Below, in pieces: positions 41,401-55,340 of a stretch of DNA of 64,000 nucleotides; positions within the stretch are counted from its first letter, which is position 1, and every line of letters begins with the position of its first letter. Origin of the DNA: Schmidtea polychroa. Taxonomy: Eukaryota. A program made the translations under genes and the position numbers. Under the pieces are notes generated by a model. It ran no database searches. It saw only the letters and a list, made by a program, of their open reading frames with translations, and was not told the origin of the DNA. The DNA is taken from the NCBI GenBank assembly GCA_044892525.1, contig CM097888.1, positions 5,022,001 to 5,086,000 of the forward strand, written 5' to 3'.

Positions 41401-44400
41401 TTCTCGCTTGCACTTTAAGTCTTGAACTGCCATATTATGTTTAAATATTTCTGTTTGAACGAACATTCCTGAAACATGTTTAACTACAACGAGATCTTGA
41501 CCATTAATTATTAATACTCGGAGTATTAATAGTATTATATAGTATAATAGTATTATACTCCCACCTCACTCCTGAAAGCAACGTAACCAGGAGAATTATT
41601 CACATTGATCAGAAATATGTTTTTGTCGGTACTTTGACTGAACTTTGACGGATGCTAAAATATCTTCATTCATAATATCAGCCATTTTAAAATTATTTTT
41701 CATCTTCACACCCCGAAATGAACCTGATTGCAAAATGTATGACCTGCTTTGGTAAAGATCAACAAATTCTTCTAATAATTCTATCGTTTCTTTGTTCCTT
41801 TTAACATAACTTCAATATAAATAAGTGTTAAAATAAAATAAATACAACGACACGGACAAATATATATATATATATATATATATAACAGCAAACTTCCTCT
41901 AAACTTTAGTATAATTAAAAATGAAAGAAATACGAAAAATTGAATTTTATCTCATATCTGGCCAACACTGCTTGACAAATTCTTGACAAAATTATTCCAT
42001 GTAAACGGTTGTAGAAATAGAAAAAGTAAATTCAACACACAGACACAGCACATAGTAAGCATGCATGACATGCATTGCATGTATGTGTACATCATATTCT
42101 CAAATATAAACAAAAGCTTACTTGGGCCATCGAACTATTAAAATATATTATTTTATATTTCATTTTAAATAAATTTTTAATCATAAATCAAAATGGAAAT
42201 ATTATTAAATGAATATGAAAATGTTTAATAATTAATCAAAAAATAATAATTTACAAATATTTTATTTTTCATAGAAAACCTTTCCGATTTTGAAAAAAAA
42301 CCTAGAAAATTTAAACCAACGTACAAATATGAAATTGGAAACATACTCAAAATATCACGGCAGTGAAGATCTACAAAAAAAATACATTAACGAAGTGATA
42401 TTTTTGTTTCTTGACTAATTTATTTCCCTACAGACAATATCAAAGATTGGAAAGATAACTAAGAATTTACTTGTCAAATGAAAGCATGAAATTTGCGACT
42501 ATAAAAATATAAAAATTTATTTGAAAGAAAATAAAATTTTGCCTGTAATCAAAGATCATGAAACATTTCTATACTTATGGCACGAAATTTTTAAAAATCT
42601 TTATGGAAATTTTAATTCTATATTTGAAGGTNNNNNNNNNNNNNNNNNNNNNNNNNNNNNNNNNNNNNNNNNNNNNNNNNNNNNNNNNNNNNNNNNNNNN
42701 NNNNNNNNNNNNNNNNNNNNNNNNNNNNNNNNNNNNNNNNNNNNNNNNNNNNNNNNNNNNNNNTTGGTAGCAGCATTTATTATTTAAAACAATAAAATGA
42801 TAATTTAAGCCTTTTGCTGCAAATAATGTATTTAAAGAATGAATTTTCGACTATACGATAGTCCTTGTCAGGAGATTGACAAGGACTATCTTATAGTCGA
42901 AAATTCTTTCATTAAATACATTATTTGCATCAAAAGGNNNNNNNNNNNNNNNNNNNNNNNNNNNNNNNNNNNNNNNNNNNNNNNNNNNNNNNNNNNNNNN
43001 NNNNNNNNNNNNNNNNNNNNNNNNNNNNNNNNNNNNNNNNNNNNNNNNNNNNNNNNNNNNNNNNNNNNNNNNNNNNNNNNNNNNNNNNNNNNNNNNNNNN
43101 NNNNNNNNNNNNNNNNNNNNNNNNNTAATAAATTTTTGCCTCTTTCTTTTAGTTTTATTTTGATTCAGTTTTTTTTAATGAACAACAAGGAAAATATTGT
43201 AACGAGGCACATCTTGAAGATATTATCAATAGAACTCGAACTGAAAATACTTCAATCTTCATAAGTTCGAAGCCGTTTAAAAAAATTGTCGACGAAATGC
43301 TGGAAGAATTAAAAAAAAAATCTGATAAATGTGTTGAGACATGTCTACAGATCATCAAATTTATCATTGCCAATATCCTGACAAACAAGATTGAAGAAAA
43401 ACTCGATCAACTCAAATTTGATATTGAGGTGCGCCATTTTATTTTTAATTTTTGAGCAATGAATAATTTTTTTAGTCAAATGATTATTATCTATTCGTAT
43501 AAAGAAAAGATATTTTTAACCCTACAATACACAATTTTTTATTTTTAGTTATAAATTGTGTAAATGTATGCACAGAATACGGGAAATTTTTCGGTTTTAG
43601 TTAAACAGCTTATTTATGATTTTGCATTTAATACGTATTTAACAATGTGTACATTTTAAGTTAAAGCCAGAAAAAATGTGTGGTGCNNNNNNNNNNNNNN
43701 NNNNNNNNNNNNNNNNNNNNNNNNNNNNNNNNNNNNNNNNNNNNNNNNNNNNNNNNNNNNNNNNNNNNNNNNNNNNNNNNNNNNNNNNNNNNNNNNNNNN
43801 NNNNNNNNNNNNNNNNNNNNNNNNNNNNNNNNNNNNNNNNNNNNNNNNNNNNNNNNNNNNNNNNNNNNNNNNNNNNNNNNNNNNNNNNNNNNNNNNNNNN
43901 NNNNNNNNNNNNNNNNNNNNNNNNNNNNNNNNNNNNNNNNNNNNNNNNNNNNNNNNNNNNNNNNNNNNNNNNNNNNNNNNNNNNNNNNNNNNNNNNNNNN
44001 NNNNNNNNNNNNNNNNNNNNNNNNNNNNNNNNNNNNNNNNNNNNNNNNNNNNNNNNNNNNNNNNNNNNNNNNNNNNNNNNNNNNNNNNNNNNNNNNNNNN
44101 NNNNNNNNNNNNNNNNNNNNNNNNNNNNNNNNNNNNNNNNNNNNNNNNNNNNNNNNNNNNNNNNNNNNNNNNNNNNNNNNNNNNNNNNNNNNNNNNNNNN
44201 NNNNNNNNNNNNNNNNNNNNNNNNNNNNNNNNNNNNNNNNNNNNNNNNNNNNNNNNNNNNNNNNNNNNNNNNNNNNNNNNNNNNNNNNNNNNNNNNNNNN
44301 NNNNNNNNNNNNNNNNNNNNNNNNNNNNNNNNNNNNNNNNNNNNNNNNNNNNNNNNNNNNNNNNNNNNNNNNNNNNNACATGATTTACTTTCGTATTTGA

Positions 44401-47400
44401 ACTTAAATTTTTTTTTACTGAATAGAAATAATCATATCACAATCGATTCAATTTCACTTAGGTTTTTGTGCAAAACTTTTTATATCCATTTTATTAGTTG
44501 TTGACTTCTACGTTTCCAGTTGGGATATTATTATGATTCGCCTCTCTCGCCAATATAACTCCACATGTTGCTCTATTTCACAAGGTCACGCAAATCATGC
44601 GAGAANNNNNNNNNNNNNNNNNNNNNNNNNNNNNNNNNNNNNNNNNNNNNNNNNNNNNNNNNNNNNNNNNNNNNNNNNNNNNNNNNNNNNNNNNNNNNNN
44701 NNNNNNNNNNNNNNNNNNNNNNNNNNNNNNNNNNNNNNGTTCAAATATAAAATAGAATTTTTGAGGTTCACATATTTTCTGACATATTTATTTTATGTAA
44801 TTTATGAGAATAGTTATAATTTATAAAGTTACTGTTTAATNNNNNNNNNNNNNNNNNNNNNNNNNNNNNNNNNNNNNNNNNNNNNNNNNNNNNNNNNNNN
44901 NNNNNNNNNNNNNNNNNNNNNNNNNNNNNNNNNNNNNNNNNNNNNNNNNNNNNNNNNNNNNNNNNNNNNNNNNNNNNNNNNNNNNNNNNNNNNNNNNNNN
45001 NNNNNNNNNNNNNNNNNNNNNNNNNNNNNNNNNNNNNNNNNNNNNNNNNNNNNNNNNNNNNNNNNNNNNNNNNNNNNNNNNNNNNNNNNNNNNNNNNNNN
45101 NNNNNNNNNNNNNNNNNNNNNNNGGAAGTTTTATGATGAAGGAATTTTTAAATTGAAAATTTTAAAAATTAAAGTTTAGATTAATTTTTAAAAAAACAAA
45201 ATAAGAAGATATTTTAATTAAAAATATCTTCGTAGAAAATTTGTTTAAATAAGAAAGATTAAAGAAGATATAATTTGATTTTGATATTTATTGAAATAAA
45301 ATTTATGGAAACAAAAACTGATTTTAATGTTTTACAGGATGAACCTCCTAATATGGTGGCAGCGGTAAACACTGACGCAATCACCGAAAGATTGCTACCA
45401 AAGGTATTCTGCCAAGGGGACGATTTGGAAAAGTTCATTAAAAGATGCGAAATTTATTTCGACGCCAAGGGAATCACGCAGAAGAAAGATCAGGAAAGAT
45501 TAACATCTTGCATGATTGATGAGGATCTCCTGGAAGTGTACGCCAAAACACTGAAAAAAGCCGAAGGATTCCAGGCTAGGTTGCGATTGGCATTCGATCG
45601 TGGAAGAGATGTTTTAAAGGATCTACAAAACTTGTTGAATTACAAGCGGAAGGGTGAAGAAATAGAAACTTATTTTAAAAAGGTGGAGGACCTTGTTGAT
45701 AGGTTGTTCGAAAATAAAGAATTTACCAAAGAGAAATTAACAGCAAGGATGTTAATAGTATGTGCGGAGAATAAAGAAGTTGAGAAAGAAGTGATACTAC
45801 GGAAGATAAAAAGCACAGAAGAAATAAAGGAAACACTAACTCTGATGGACAAAGCAGACAAGCAAATGGAGCTTATAAACAGTATGAAAAGTTACGCAAG
45901 AGTGGTCTATCAGGAACTACAGAGAAGAGTACAATACAAGAAGAAAGAACAGAGAGAAGAAAGTATCCGAAGAGAAATGCCAGAATGCTGGTTATGCCAC
46001 AAAATAGGACACACAAAATTGATTGTCCAATAAAAGGTAAAATAGAATGCTGGACATGTCATAGAAGCGGACATATAAGTAGAAACTGTCCAGATAAAAA
46101 AGCTCCAAGATGTTTTGTGTGTGGGAAAGAAGGTCATATAAGAAGATTGTGTCAGGAAATACGTTGTGAAAGATGTAGCAGAAATGGTCATAGATCCGAG
46201 GAGTGTTATACAAAGATGAGGTACGGGAGAGCGACGGAGAGACAAAGATTCACGGGAAACAGATACAGTCGGATAAATGGAATCGAGGAAGAAGAAGAAA
46301 GGGAATCGTGTGTAGAGACAAATGAAGATAATTTTAGGAAGACGTACCCAAACAACAGGGCTCCACCAGTAGAGGAGTTGGTTGGAGCCATATTCTAACA
46401 GAAAATTTGATGGGATATCCTCAAGGGGCAGAAAAGTGGGAGAATGTTAGAAGGGTAAGCGAGAAAGTATACAGGTTCCTAAAGAGAGAAATGTTTGAAG
46501 AGGAAGTGGAAAGAATTGGAACCATTGAAACGGAGCAGGTTGTTGAAATTTTGTATAACAAAATGCAAGGAAGGCCTAGTATAACAGTAAGGATGAATGG
46601 GGAAAATTTCGACTGTTTATTAGACACTGGGGCAAGAATCAATGTAATGAGTGTGAACTGTTTTAACAAGCTACGAGGACAACAATTGACGAAAAGTGAC
46701 GATAAGTTACGATGCGCAAACGAGAGTACGATCGAGACAATAGGAAAAACGAAGGTGCAAGTAACCATTGGAAATGTTTCGAAGGAAGTTATATTCATTG
46801 TGGCGGAGAAAGTGACACCAGACGTGATTGGAGGAATCGAATTACAAGAAAAATTTGGATTTAGACTGTTAAAAATTAAAGATATCGAGGCTAGTGAAAA
46901 AGACAAGAACTATATTTGTAACATTGAAGCAAAATTTGGCAGAAAATAAAGGATGAAGAAACGATCGATACGAGCGTTGGAGCAGTTAAAGATCAATGAA
47001 GATAGCAAATTAAAGGAAATTATAATAAACAGTGGAAACGTGTTTATGGCAGATAAATGGGATGTGGGTCGCACACATTTGGTAAAACACAAGATAGTTA
47101 CAAGAGGTGAGCCGATAAACATAAAACCATATCGCCAACCACTAAATTTGGAATCAAAGATTGAAGAAGCAATACAAAATTTGTACGAAAATGGAATTAT
47201 ACGGAAATGTAACTCTCCATGGAATACACCGCTAATATGTGTATGGAAAAAAGAGAAAAAGGATATTAGACTATGCTTGGACTTTAGACAGCTGAACGCG
47301 GTAACAGAGAGGCAGGCATTTCCAATGCCAAACATAGACGAGATGTTAGATTTGTTAGGAGGATCCGTCTTTTTCAGCTCAATCGATCTAGGTAATGCAT

Positions 47401-50400
47401 ATTACCAAGTGGAACTAGAAGAAGAATCACAGGAGAAAACAGCTTTCTCAACAAAGAACGGACAATATTGTTTCAACAGAATGCCGTTTGGAATTGCAGC
47501 AGCACCAGGTACGTTCCAAGAAATGATGACAAAAGTATTAGGCAAAATAAAGGGAGCAATGGTGTATTTGGACGACATCTTGATTTATTCAAGCAGTAAA
47601 GAGAAACACTATACAATACTCGGAGAAGTGTTAAAGGCGATTGAGGAAGCAGGCCTAAGGATTAATCCAGAAAAATGCCAAATAATAAAGGAAGAAATCA
47701 GATTCTTAGGACACATAATCAACAAGGAAGGAGTACAGACAGATCCATCTAAAATTCAGGCCATACAGAACTTTGGGAAGCCTAATTGCGTAAAGAAACT
47801 CCGAAGCTTTTTAGGTATTTGCAATTATTATAGAAGATTCATCAGTGATTATGCAAAGAAGGCAAGGATGTTAGAACAATTATGTAGCGGACCAAGTGAC
47901 AAAAAATTAGAATGGAGTGAAGGAACGAATAGCATGTTTGAGTGATTGAAATTAGCACTCACGACGGCGCCAATCTTTTGTTTTCCGGATCTGAAAAAGG
48001 AGTTCATTTTAGATACCGACGCTAGTTTCGATACCATTGGAGCAGTACTTTCACAAAGAGATAAAGATGGAAAGGAAAGAGTAATTGCGTATGGATCACA
48101 CTCGATGACGAGCCACGAGAAAGGATATTGTATTACAAGAAAGGAACTATTGGCGGTATATTATTTTTGCATTCATTTTAAGCACTATCTCTACGGAAGA
48201 AGATTCACGCTCAGGACTGACCACAAGGCAATCACGTTTATGATGACAACCAAGAAGCCGATTACTTCACAATTCCAAACATGGATCAATTATTTGAGCA
48301 GTGTAGATATAAGAGTAGAATACAGAAAGGGTATTAATCACCAAAATGCAGACATGGTGTCGAGAACTAAATGTGACACGTGTGTTCAATGTCAAATGGC
48401 CCACGAAGAAGCTAAGAAAGGAAAGATAAAAACAAGATTACTAGACTCGATCAGAGAAGAGGGAAGAAGCAACATCCAACATGGAATTGTGGAAGAAGTA
48501 CGAAAGAAAACGATGATACCTGAAAATGAGTTACAAGAAACAATAAAGGAAATACATAGACTATTGTGTCATGCTGGAGTCGAGAAGATAGCCGATTATA
48601 TGAAAGATAGATATGTTGGAAAACACCTGTGGAGTAAGATTCAGGAGATTGTTCGAAGTTGTGAGATTTTTCAAAAACCAAGGCTTTAACAATAACAACG
48701 AAAGAACCAGTAAAAAGACAAGATTCGAAGGAAATGTTAGAAATTATATTCGTGGATATATGTGGACCGTTGACAGAAACAAAAGGACGTAAGAAGTATA
48801 TATTGGGCATAATAGATCAGTATAGTAAGTATCAAGTCTTGACAGCGATAACAAAACAAGACGAAGAAACAATAAAGAAAACGATTTTAGAAAAGTGGAT
48901 TTTAAGATTTGGATGCCCAAAGGAGATAAGAGTTGATTGCGGAAAGGCGTTTGAATCAGGAATGATGAGAGAATTCACAAAGATGCTAGATATTAAATTA
49001 TGTTTTTCGAGTCCATACCATCACCAAACAAACGGTCAGATAGAAAGACAATTCAGGACAATACGGGATTTGATAAATGCTACTTTACAGGATAGAAAGA
49101 AGACGGATTGGGCAGAGATATTACCAGAAGTCGAATTCACTTTAAATGCAACCAAACAAAAAATGACAGTAAAAAAGCCCGACAGAGATAGTTTTTGGAA
49201 AAAAAATTAGCAGGGAAAAATGGTACGGGTCCAAAGAAATACCGATAAAGGAAGAACTAGAAGTACAAACAAGGAGAAAATTTAATGTAGGAGAAGAAGT
49301 ATTAGTAAAAGTAGAAACACACTACAAAGGCCAGGACAGGTATGAAGGTCCGTACAAAGTGATAGAGAAAGTGCATGACAGAATATACATCTTAAGAAAT
49401 GAAGATGGAAAAAGGATCGAAAGAAATGTGGAAAAACTTAAAAATTTCTTAAGAAGGGGGATATGAGGATGTTTTATGATGAAGAAATTTTTAAATTGAA
49501 AATTTTAAAAATTAAAGTTTAGATTAATTTTTAAAAAAACAAAATAAGAAGATATTTTAATTAAAAATATCTTCGTAGAAAATTTGTTTAAATAAGAAAG
49601 AAAAAAGAAGATATAATTTGATTTTGATATTTATTGAAATAAAATTTATGGAAACAAAAACTGATTTTAATGTTTTACAGGATGAACCTCCTAATAGTTG
49701 TCGTTAAAAACATGATTTACTTTCGTATTTGAACTTAAATTTTTTTTTACTGAATAGAAATAATCATATCACAATCGATTCAATTTTACTTAGTTTTTTG
49801 TGCAAAACTTTTTATATCCATTTTATTAGTTGTTGACTTCTACGTTTCCAGTTGGGATATTATTATGATTCGCCTCTCTCGCCAATATAACTCCACATGT
49901 TGCTCTATTTCACAAGGTCACGCAAATCATGCGAGAANNNNNNNNNNNNNNNNNNNNNNNNNNNNNNNNNNNNNNNNNNNNNNNNNNNNNNNNNNNNNNN
50001 NNNNNNNNNNNNNNNNNNNNNNNNNNNNNNNNNNNNNNNNNNNNNNNNNNNNNNNNNNNNNNNNNNNNNNNNNGTTCAAATATAAAATAGAATTTTTGAG
50101 GTTCACATATTTTCTGACATATTTATTTTATGTAATTTATGAGAATAGTTATAATTTATAAAGTTACTGTTTAATNNNNNNNNNNNNNNNNNNNNNNNNN
50201 NNNNNNNNNNNNNNNNNNNNNNNNNNNNNNNNNNNNNNNNNNNNNNNNNNNNNNNNNNNNNNNNNNNNNNNNNNNNNNNNNNNNNNNNNNNNNNNNNNNN
50301 NNNNNNNNNNNNNNNNNNNNNNNNNNNNNNNNNNNNNNNNNNNNNNNNNNNNNNNNNNNNNNNNNNNNNNNNNNNNNNNNNNNNNNNNNNNNNNNNNNNN

Positions 50401-53400
50401 NNNNNNNNNNNNNNNNNNNNNNNNNNNNNNNNNNNNNNNNNNNNNNNNNNNNNNNNNNNNNNNNNNNGGAAGTTTTATGATGAAGGAATTTTTAAATTGA
50501 AAATTTTAAAAATTAAAGTTTAGATTAATTTTTAAAAAAACAAAATAAGAAGATATTTTAATTAAAAATATCTTCGTAGAAAATTTGTTTAAATAAGAAA
50601 GATTAAAGAAGATATAATTTGATTTTGATATTTATTGAAATAAAATTTATGGAAACAAAAACTGATTTTAATGTTTTACAGGATGAACCTCCTAATATGG
50701 TGGCAGCGGTAAACACTGACGCAATCACCGAAAGATTGCTACCAAAGGTATTCTGCCAAGGGGACGATTTGGAAAAGTTCATTAAAAGATGCGAAATTTA
50801 TTTCGACGCCAAGGGAATCACGCAGAAGAAAGATCAGGAAAGATTAACATCTTGCATGATTGATGAGGATCTCCTGGAAGTGTACGCCAAAACACTGAAA
50901 AAAGCCGAAGGATTCCAGGCTAGGTTGCGATTGGCATTCGATCGTGGAAGAGATGTTTTAAAGGATCTACAAAACTTGTTGAATTACAAGCGGAAGGGTG
51001 AAGAAATAGAAACTTATTTTAAAAAGGTGGAGGACCTTGTTGATAGGTTGTTCGAAAATAAAGAATTTACCAAAGAGAAATTAACAGCAAGGATGTTAAT
51101 AGTATGTGCGGAGAATAAAGAAGTTGAGAAAGAAGTGATACTACGGAAGATAAAAAGCACAGAAGAAATAAAGGAAACACTAACTCTGATGGACAAAGCA
51201 GACAAGCAAATGGAGCTTATAAACAGTATGAAAAGTTACGCAAGAGTGGTCTATCAGGAACTACAGAGAAGAGTACAATACAAGAAGAAAGAACAGAGAG
51301 AAGAAAGTATCCGAAGAGAAATGCCAGAATGCTGGTTATGCCACAAAATAGGACACACAAAATTGATTGTCCAATAAAAGGTAAAATAGAATGCTGGACA
51401 TGTCATAGAAGCGGACATATAAGTAGAAACTGTCCAGATAAAAAAGCTCCAAGATGTTTTGTGTGTGGGAAAGAAGGTCATATAAGAAGATTGTGTCAGG
51501 AAATACGTTGTGAAAGATGTAGCAGAAATGGTCATAGATCCGAGGAGTGTTATACAAAGATGAGGTACGGGAGAGCGACGGAGAGACAAAGATTCACGGG
51601 AAACAGATACAGTCGGATAAATGGAATCGAGGAAGAAGAAGAAAGGGAATCGTGTGTAGAGACAAATGAAGATAATTTTAGGAAGACGTACCCAAACAAC
51701 AGGGCTCCACCAGTAGAGGAGTTGGTTGGAGCCATATTCTAACAGAAAATTTGATGGGATATCCTCAAGGGGCAGAAAAGTGGGAGAATGTTAGAAGGGT
51801 AAGCGAGAAAGTATACAGGTTCCTAAAGAGAGAAATGTTTGAAGAGGAAGTGGAAAGAATTGGAACCATTGAAACGGAGCAGGTTGTTGAAATTTTGTAT
51901 AACAAAATGCAAGGAAGGCCTAGTATAACAGTAAGGATGAATGGGGAAAATTTCGACTGTTTATTAGACACTGGGGCAAGAATCAATGTAATGAGTGTGA
52001 ACTGTTTTAACAAGCTACGAGGACAACAATTGACGAAAAGTGACGATAAGTTACGATGCGCAAACGAGAGTACGATCGAGACAATAGGAAAAACGAAGGT
52101 GCAAGTAACCATTGGAAATGTTTCGAAGGAAGTTATATTCATTGTGGCGGAGAAAGTGACACCAGACGTGATTGGAGGAATCGAATTACAAGAAAAATTT
52201 GGATTTAGACTGTTAAAAATTAAAGATATCGAGGCTAGTGAAAAAGACAAGAACTATATTTGTAACATTGAAGCAAAATTTGGCAGAAAATAAAGGATGA
52301 AGAAACGATCGATACGAGCGTTGGAGCAGTTAAAGATCAATGAAGATAGCAAATTAAAGGAAATTATAATAAACAGTGGAAACGTGTTTATGGCAGATAA
52401 ATGGGATGTGGGTCGCACACATTTGGTAAAACACAAGATAGTTACAAGAGGTGAGCCGATAAACATAAAACCATATCGCCAACCACTAAATTTGGAATCA
52501 AAGATTGAAGAAGCAATACAAAATTTGTACGAAAATGGAATTATACGGAAATGTAACTCTCCATGGAATACACCGCTAATATGTGTATGGAAAAAAGAGA
52601 AAAAGGATATTAGACTATGCTTGGACTTTAGACAGCTGAACGCGGTAACAGAGAGGCAGGCATTTCCAATGCCAAACATAGACGAGATGTTAGATTTGTT
52701 AGGAGGATCCGTCTTTTTCAGCTCAATCGATCTAGGTAATGCATATTACCAAGTGGAACTAGAAGAAGAATCACAGGAGAAAACAGCTTTCTCAACAAAG
52801 AACGGACAATATTGTTTCAACAGAATGCCGTTTGGAATTGCAGCAGCACCAGGTACGTTCCAAGAAATGATGACAAAAGTATTAGGCAAAATAAAGGGAG
52901 CAATGGTGTATTTGGACGACATCTTGATTTATTCAAGCAGTAAAGAGAAACACTATACAATACTCGGAGAAGTGTTAAAGGCGATTGAGGAAGCAGGCCT
53001 AAGGATTAATCCAGAAAAATGCCAAATAATAAAGGAAGAAATCAGATTCTTAGGACACATAATCAACAAGGAAGGAGTACAGACAGATCCATCTAAAATT
53101 CAGGCCATACAGAACTTTGGGAAGCCTAATTGCGTAAAGAAACTCCGAAGCTTTTTAGGTATTTGCAATTATTATAGAAGATTCATCAGTGATTATGCAA
53201 AGAAGGCAAGGATGTTAGAACAATTATGTAGCGGACCAAGTGACAAAAAATTAGAATGGAGTGAAGGAACGAATAGCATGTTTGAGTGATTGAAATTAGC
53301 ACTCACGACGGCGCCAATCTTTTGTTTTCCGGATCTGAAAAAGGAGTTCATTTTAGATACCGACGCTAGTTTCGATACCATTGGAGCAGTACTTTCACAA

Positions 53401-55307
53401 AGAGATAAAGATGGAAAGGAAAGAGTAATTGCGTATGGATCACACTCGATGACGAGCCACGAGAAAGGATATTGTATTACAAGAAAGGAACTATTGGCGG
53501 TATATTATTTTTGCATTCATTTTAAGCACTATCTCTACGGAAGAAGATTCACGCTCAGGACTGACCACAAGGCAATCACGTTTATGATGACAACCAAGAA
53601 GCCGATTACTTCACAATTCCAAACATGGATCAATTATTTGAGCAGTGTAGATATAAGAGTAGAATACAGAAAGGGTATTAATCACCAAAATGCAGACATG
53701 GTGTCGAGAACTAAATGTGACACGTGTGTTCAATGTCAAATGGCCCACGAAGAAGCTAAGAAAGGAAAGATAAAAACAAGATTACTAGACTCGATCAGAG
53801 AAGAGGGAAGAAGCAACATCCAACATGGAATTGTGGAAGAAGTACGAAAGAAAACGATGATACCTGAAAATGAGTTACAAGAAACAATAAAGGAAATACA
53901 TAGACTATTGTGTCATGCTGGAGTCGAGAAGATAGCCGATTATATGAAAGATAGATATGTTGGAAAACACCTGTGGAGTAAGATTCAGGAGATTGTTCGA
54001 AGTTGTGAGATTTTTCAAAAACCAAGGCTTTAACAATAACAACGAAAGAACCAGTAAAAAGACAAGATTCGAAGGAAATGTTAGAAATTATATTCGTGGA
54101 TATATGTGGACCGTTGACAGAAACAAAAGGACGTAAGAAGTATATATTGGGCATAATAGATCAGTATAGTAAGTATCAAGTCTTGACAGCGATAACAAAA
54201 CAAGACGAAGAAACAATAAAGAAAACGATTTTAGAAAAGTGGATTTTAAGATTTGGATGCCCAAAGGAGATAAGAGTTGATTGCGGAAAGGCGTTTGAAT
54301 CAGGAATGATGAGAGAATTCACAAAGATGCTAGATATTAAATTATGTTTTTCGAGTCCATACCATCACCAAACAAACGGTCAGATAGAAAGACAATTCAG
54401 GACAATACGGGATTTGATAAATGCTACTTTACAGGATAGAAAGAAGACGGATTGGGCAGAGATATTACCAGAAGTCGAATTCACTTTAAATGCAACCAAA
54501 CAAAAAATGACAGTAAAAAAGCCCGACAGAGATAGTTTTTGGAAAAAAAATTAGCAGGGAAAAATGGTACGGGTCCAAAGAAATACCGATAAAGGAAGAA
54601 CTAGAAGTACAAACAAGGAGAAAATTTAATGTAGGAGAAGAAGTATTAGTAAAAGTAGAAACACACTACAAAGGCCAGGACAGGTATGAAGGTCCGTACA
54701 AAGTGATAGAGAAAGTGCATGACAGAATATACATCTTAAGAAATGAAGATGGAAAAAGGATCGAAAGAAATGTGGAAAAACTTAAAAATTTCTTAAGAAG
54801 GGGGATATGAGGATGTTTTATGATGAAGAAATTTTTAAATTGAAAATTTTAAAAATTAAAGTTTAGATTAATTTTTAAAAAAACAAAATAAGAAGATATT
54901 TTAATTAAAAATATCTTCGTAGAAAATTTGTTTAAATAAGAAAGAAAAAAGAAGATATAATTTGATTTTGATATTTATTGAAATAAAATTTATGGAAACA
55001 AAAACTGATTTTAATGTTTTACAGGATGAACCTCCTAATAGTTGTCGTTAAAAACATGATTTACTTTCGTATTTGAACTTAAATTTTTTTTTACTGAATA
55101 GAAATAATCATATCACAATCGATTCAATTTTACTTAGTTTTTTGTGCAAAACTTTTTATATCCATTTTATTAGTTGTTGACTTCTACGTTTCCAGTTGGG
55201 ATATTATTATGATTCGCCTCTCTCGCCAATATAACTCCACATGTTGCTCTATTTCACAAGGTCACGCAAATCATGCGAGAATTTTGACAATTGGTTTTAT
55301 TATTATG

Positions 55308-55340
<33 letters not shown>

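Larger units (their letters stand above)
45119..49696 (+). mobile_element. Ty3/gypsy LTR retrotransposon copy 1 (4578 bp, 235-bp LTRs, defective)
   Basis: 5' LTR to 45353 (first 5 nt inferred inside the N-run), PBS TGGTGGCAGCGGT, PPT AAGAAGGGGGA, 3' LTR 49462-49696. Domain order is gag, PR (LLDTGA), RT (YLDD), RNase H (TDAS), IN (HHCC, D-D-E, GPY). Confidence 0.95.
50463..55040 (+). mobile_element. Ty3/gypsy LTR retrotransposon copy 2, apparently identical to copy 1
   Basis: Every ORF repeats at a +5344 offset with the same translation and the same lesions; PBS 50698-50710; 3' LTR 54806-55040. Confidence 0.95.

Noticed and set aside
41510-41532. 23-bp palindrome TATTAATACTC-G-GAGTATTAATA
   Set aside because: Single, AT-rich, and plausible by local slippage.
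42479-47945. Genome-wide UGA reassignment explaining the lone TGAs in Mx and Ty3 pol
   Set aside because: Conserved Trp codons are TGG, the Ty3 pol is also broken by TAA and frameshifts, and neither TGA is at a conserved Trp or Cys position.
45670-54154. Antisense ORFs over the Ty3 copies
   Set aside because: They are shadows of purine-rich coding strands with no motifs.
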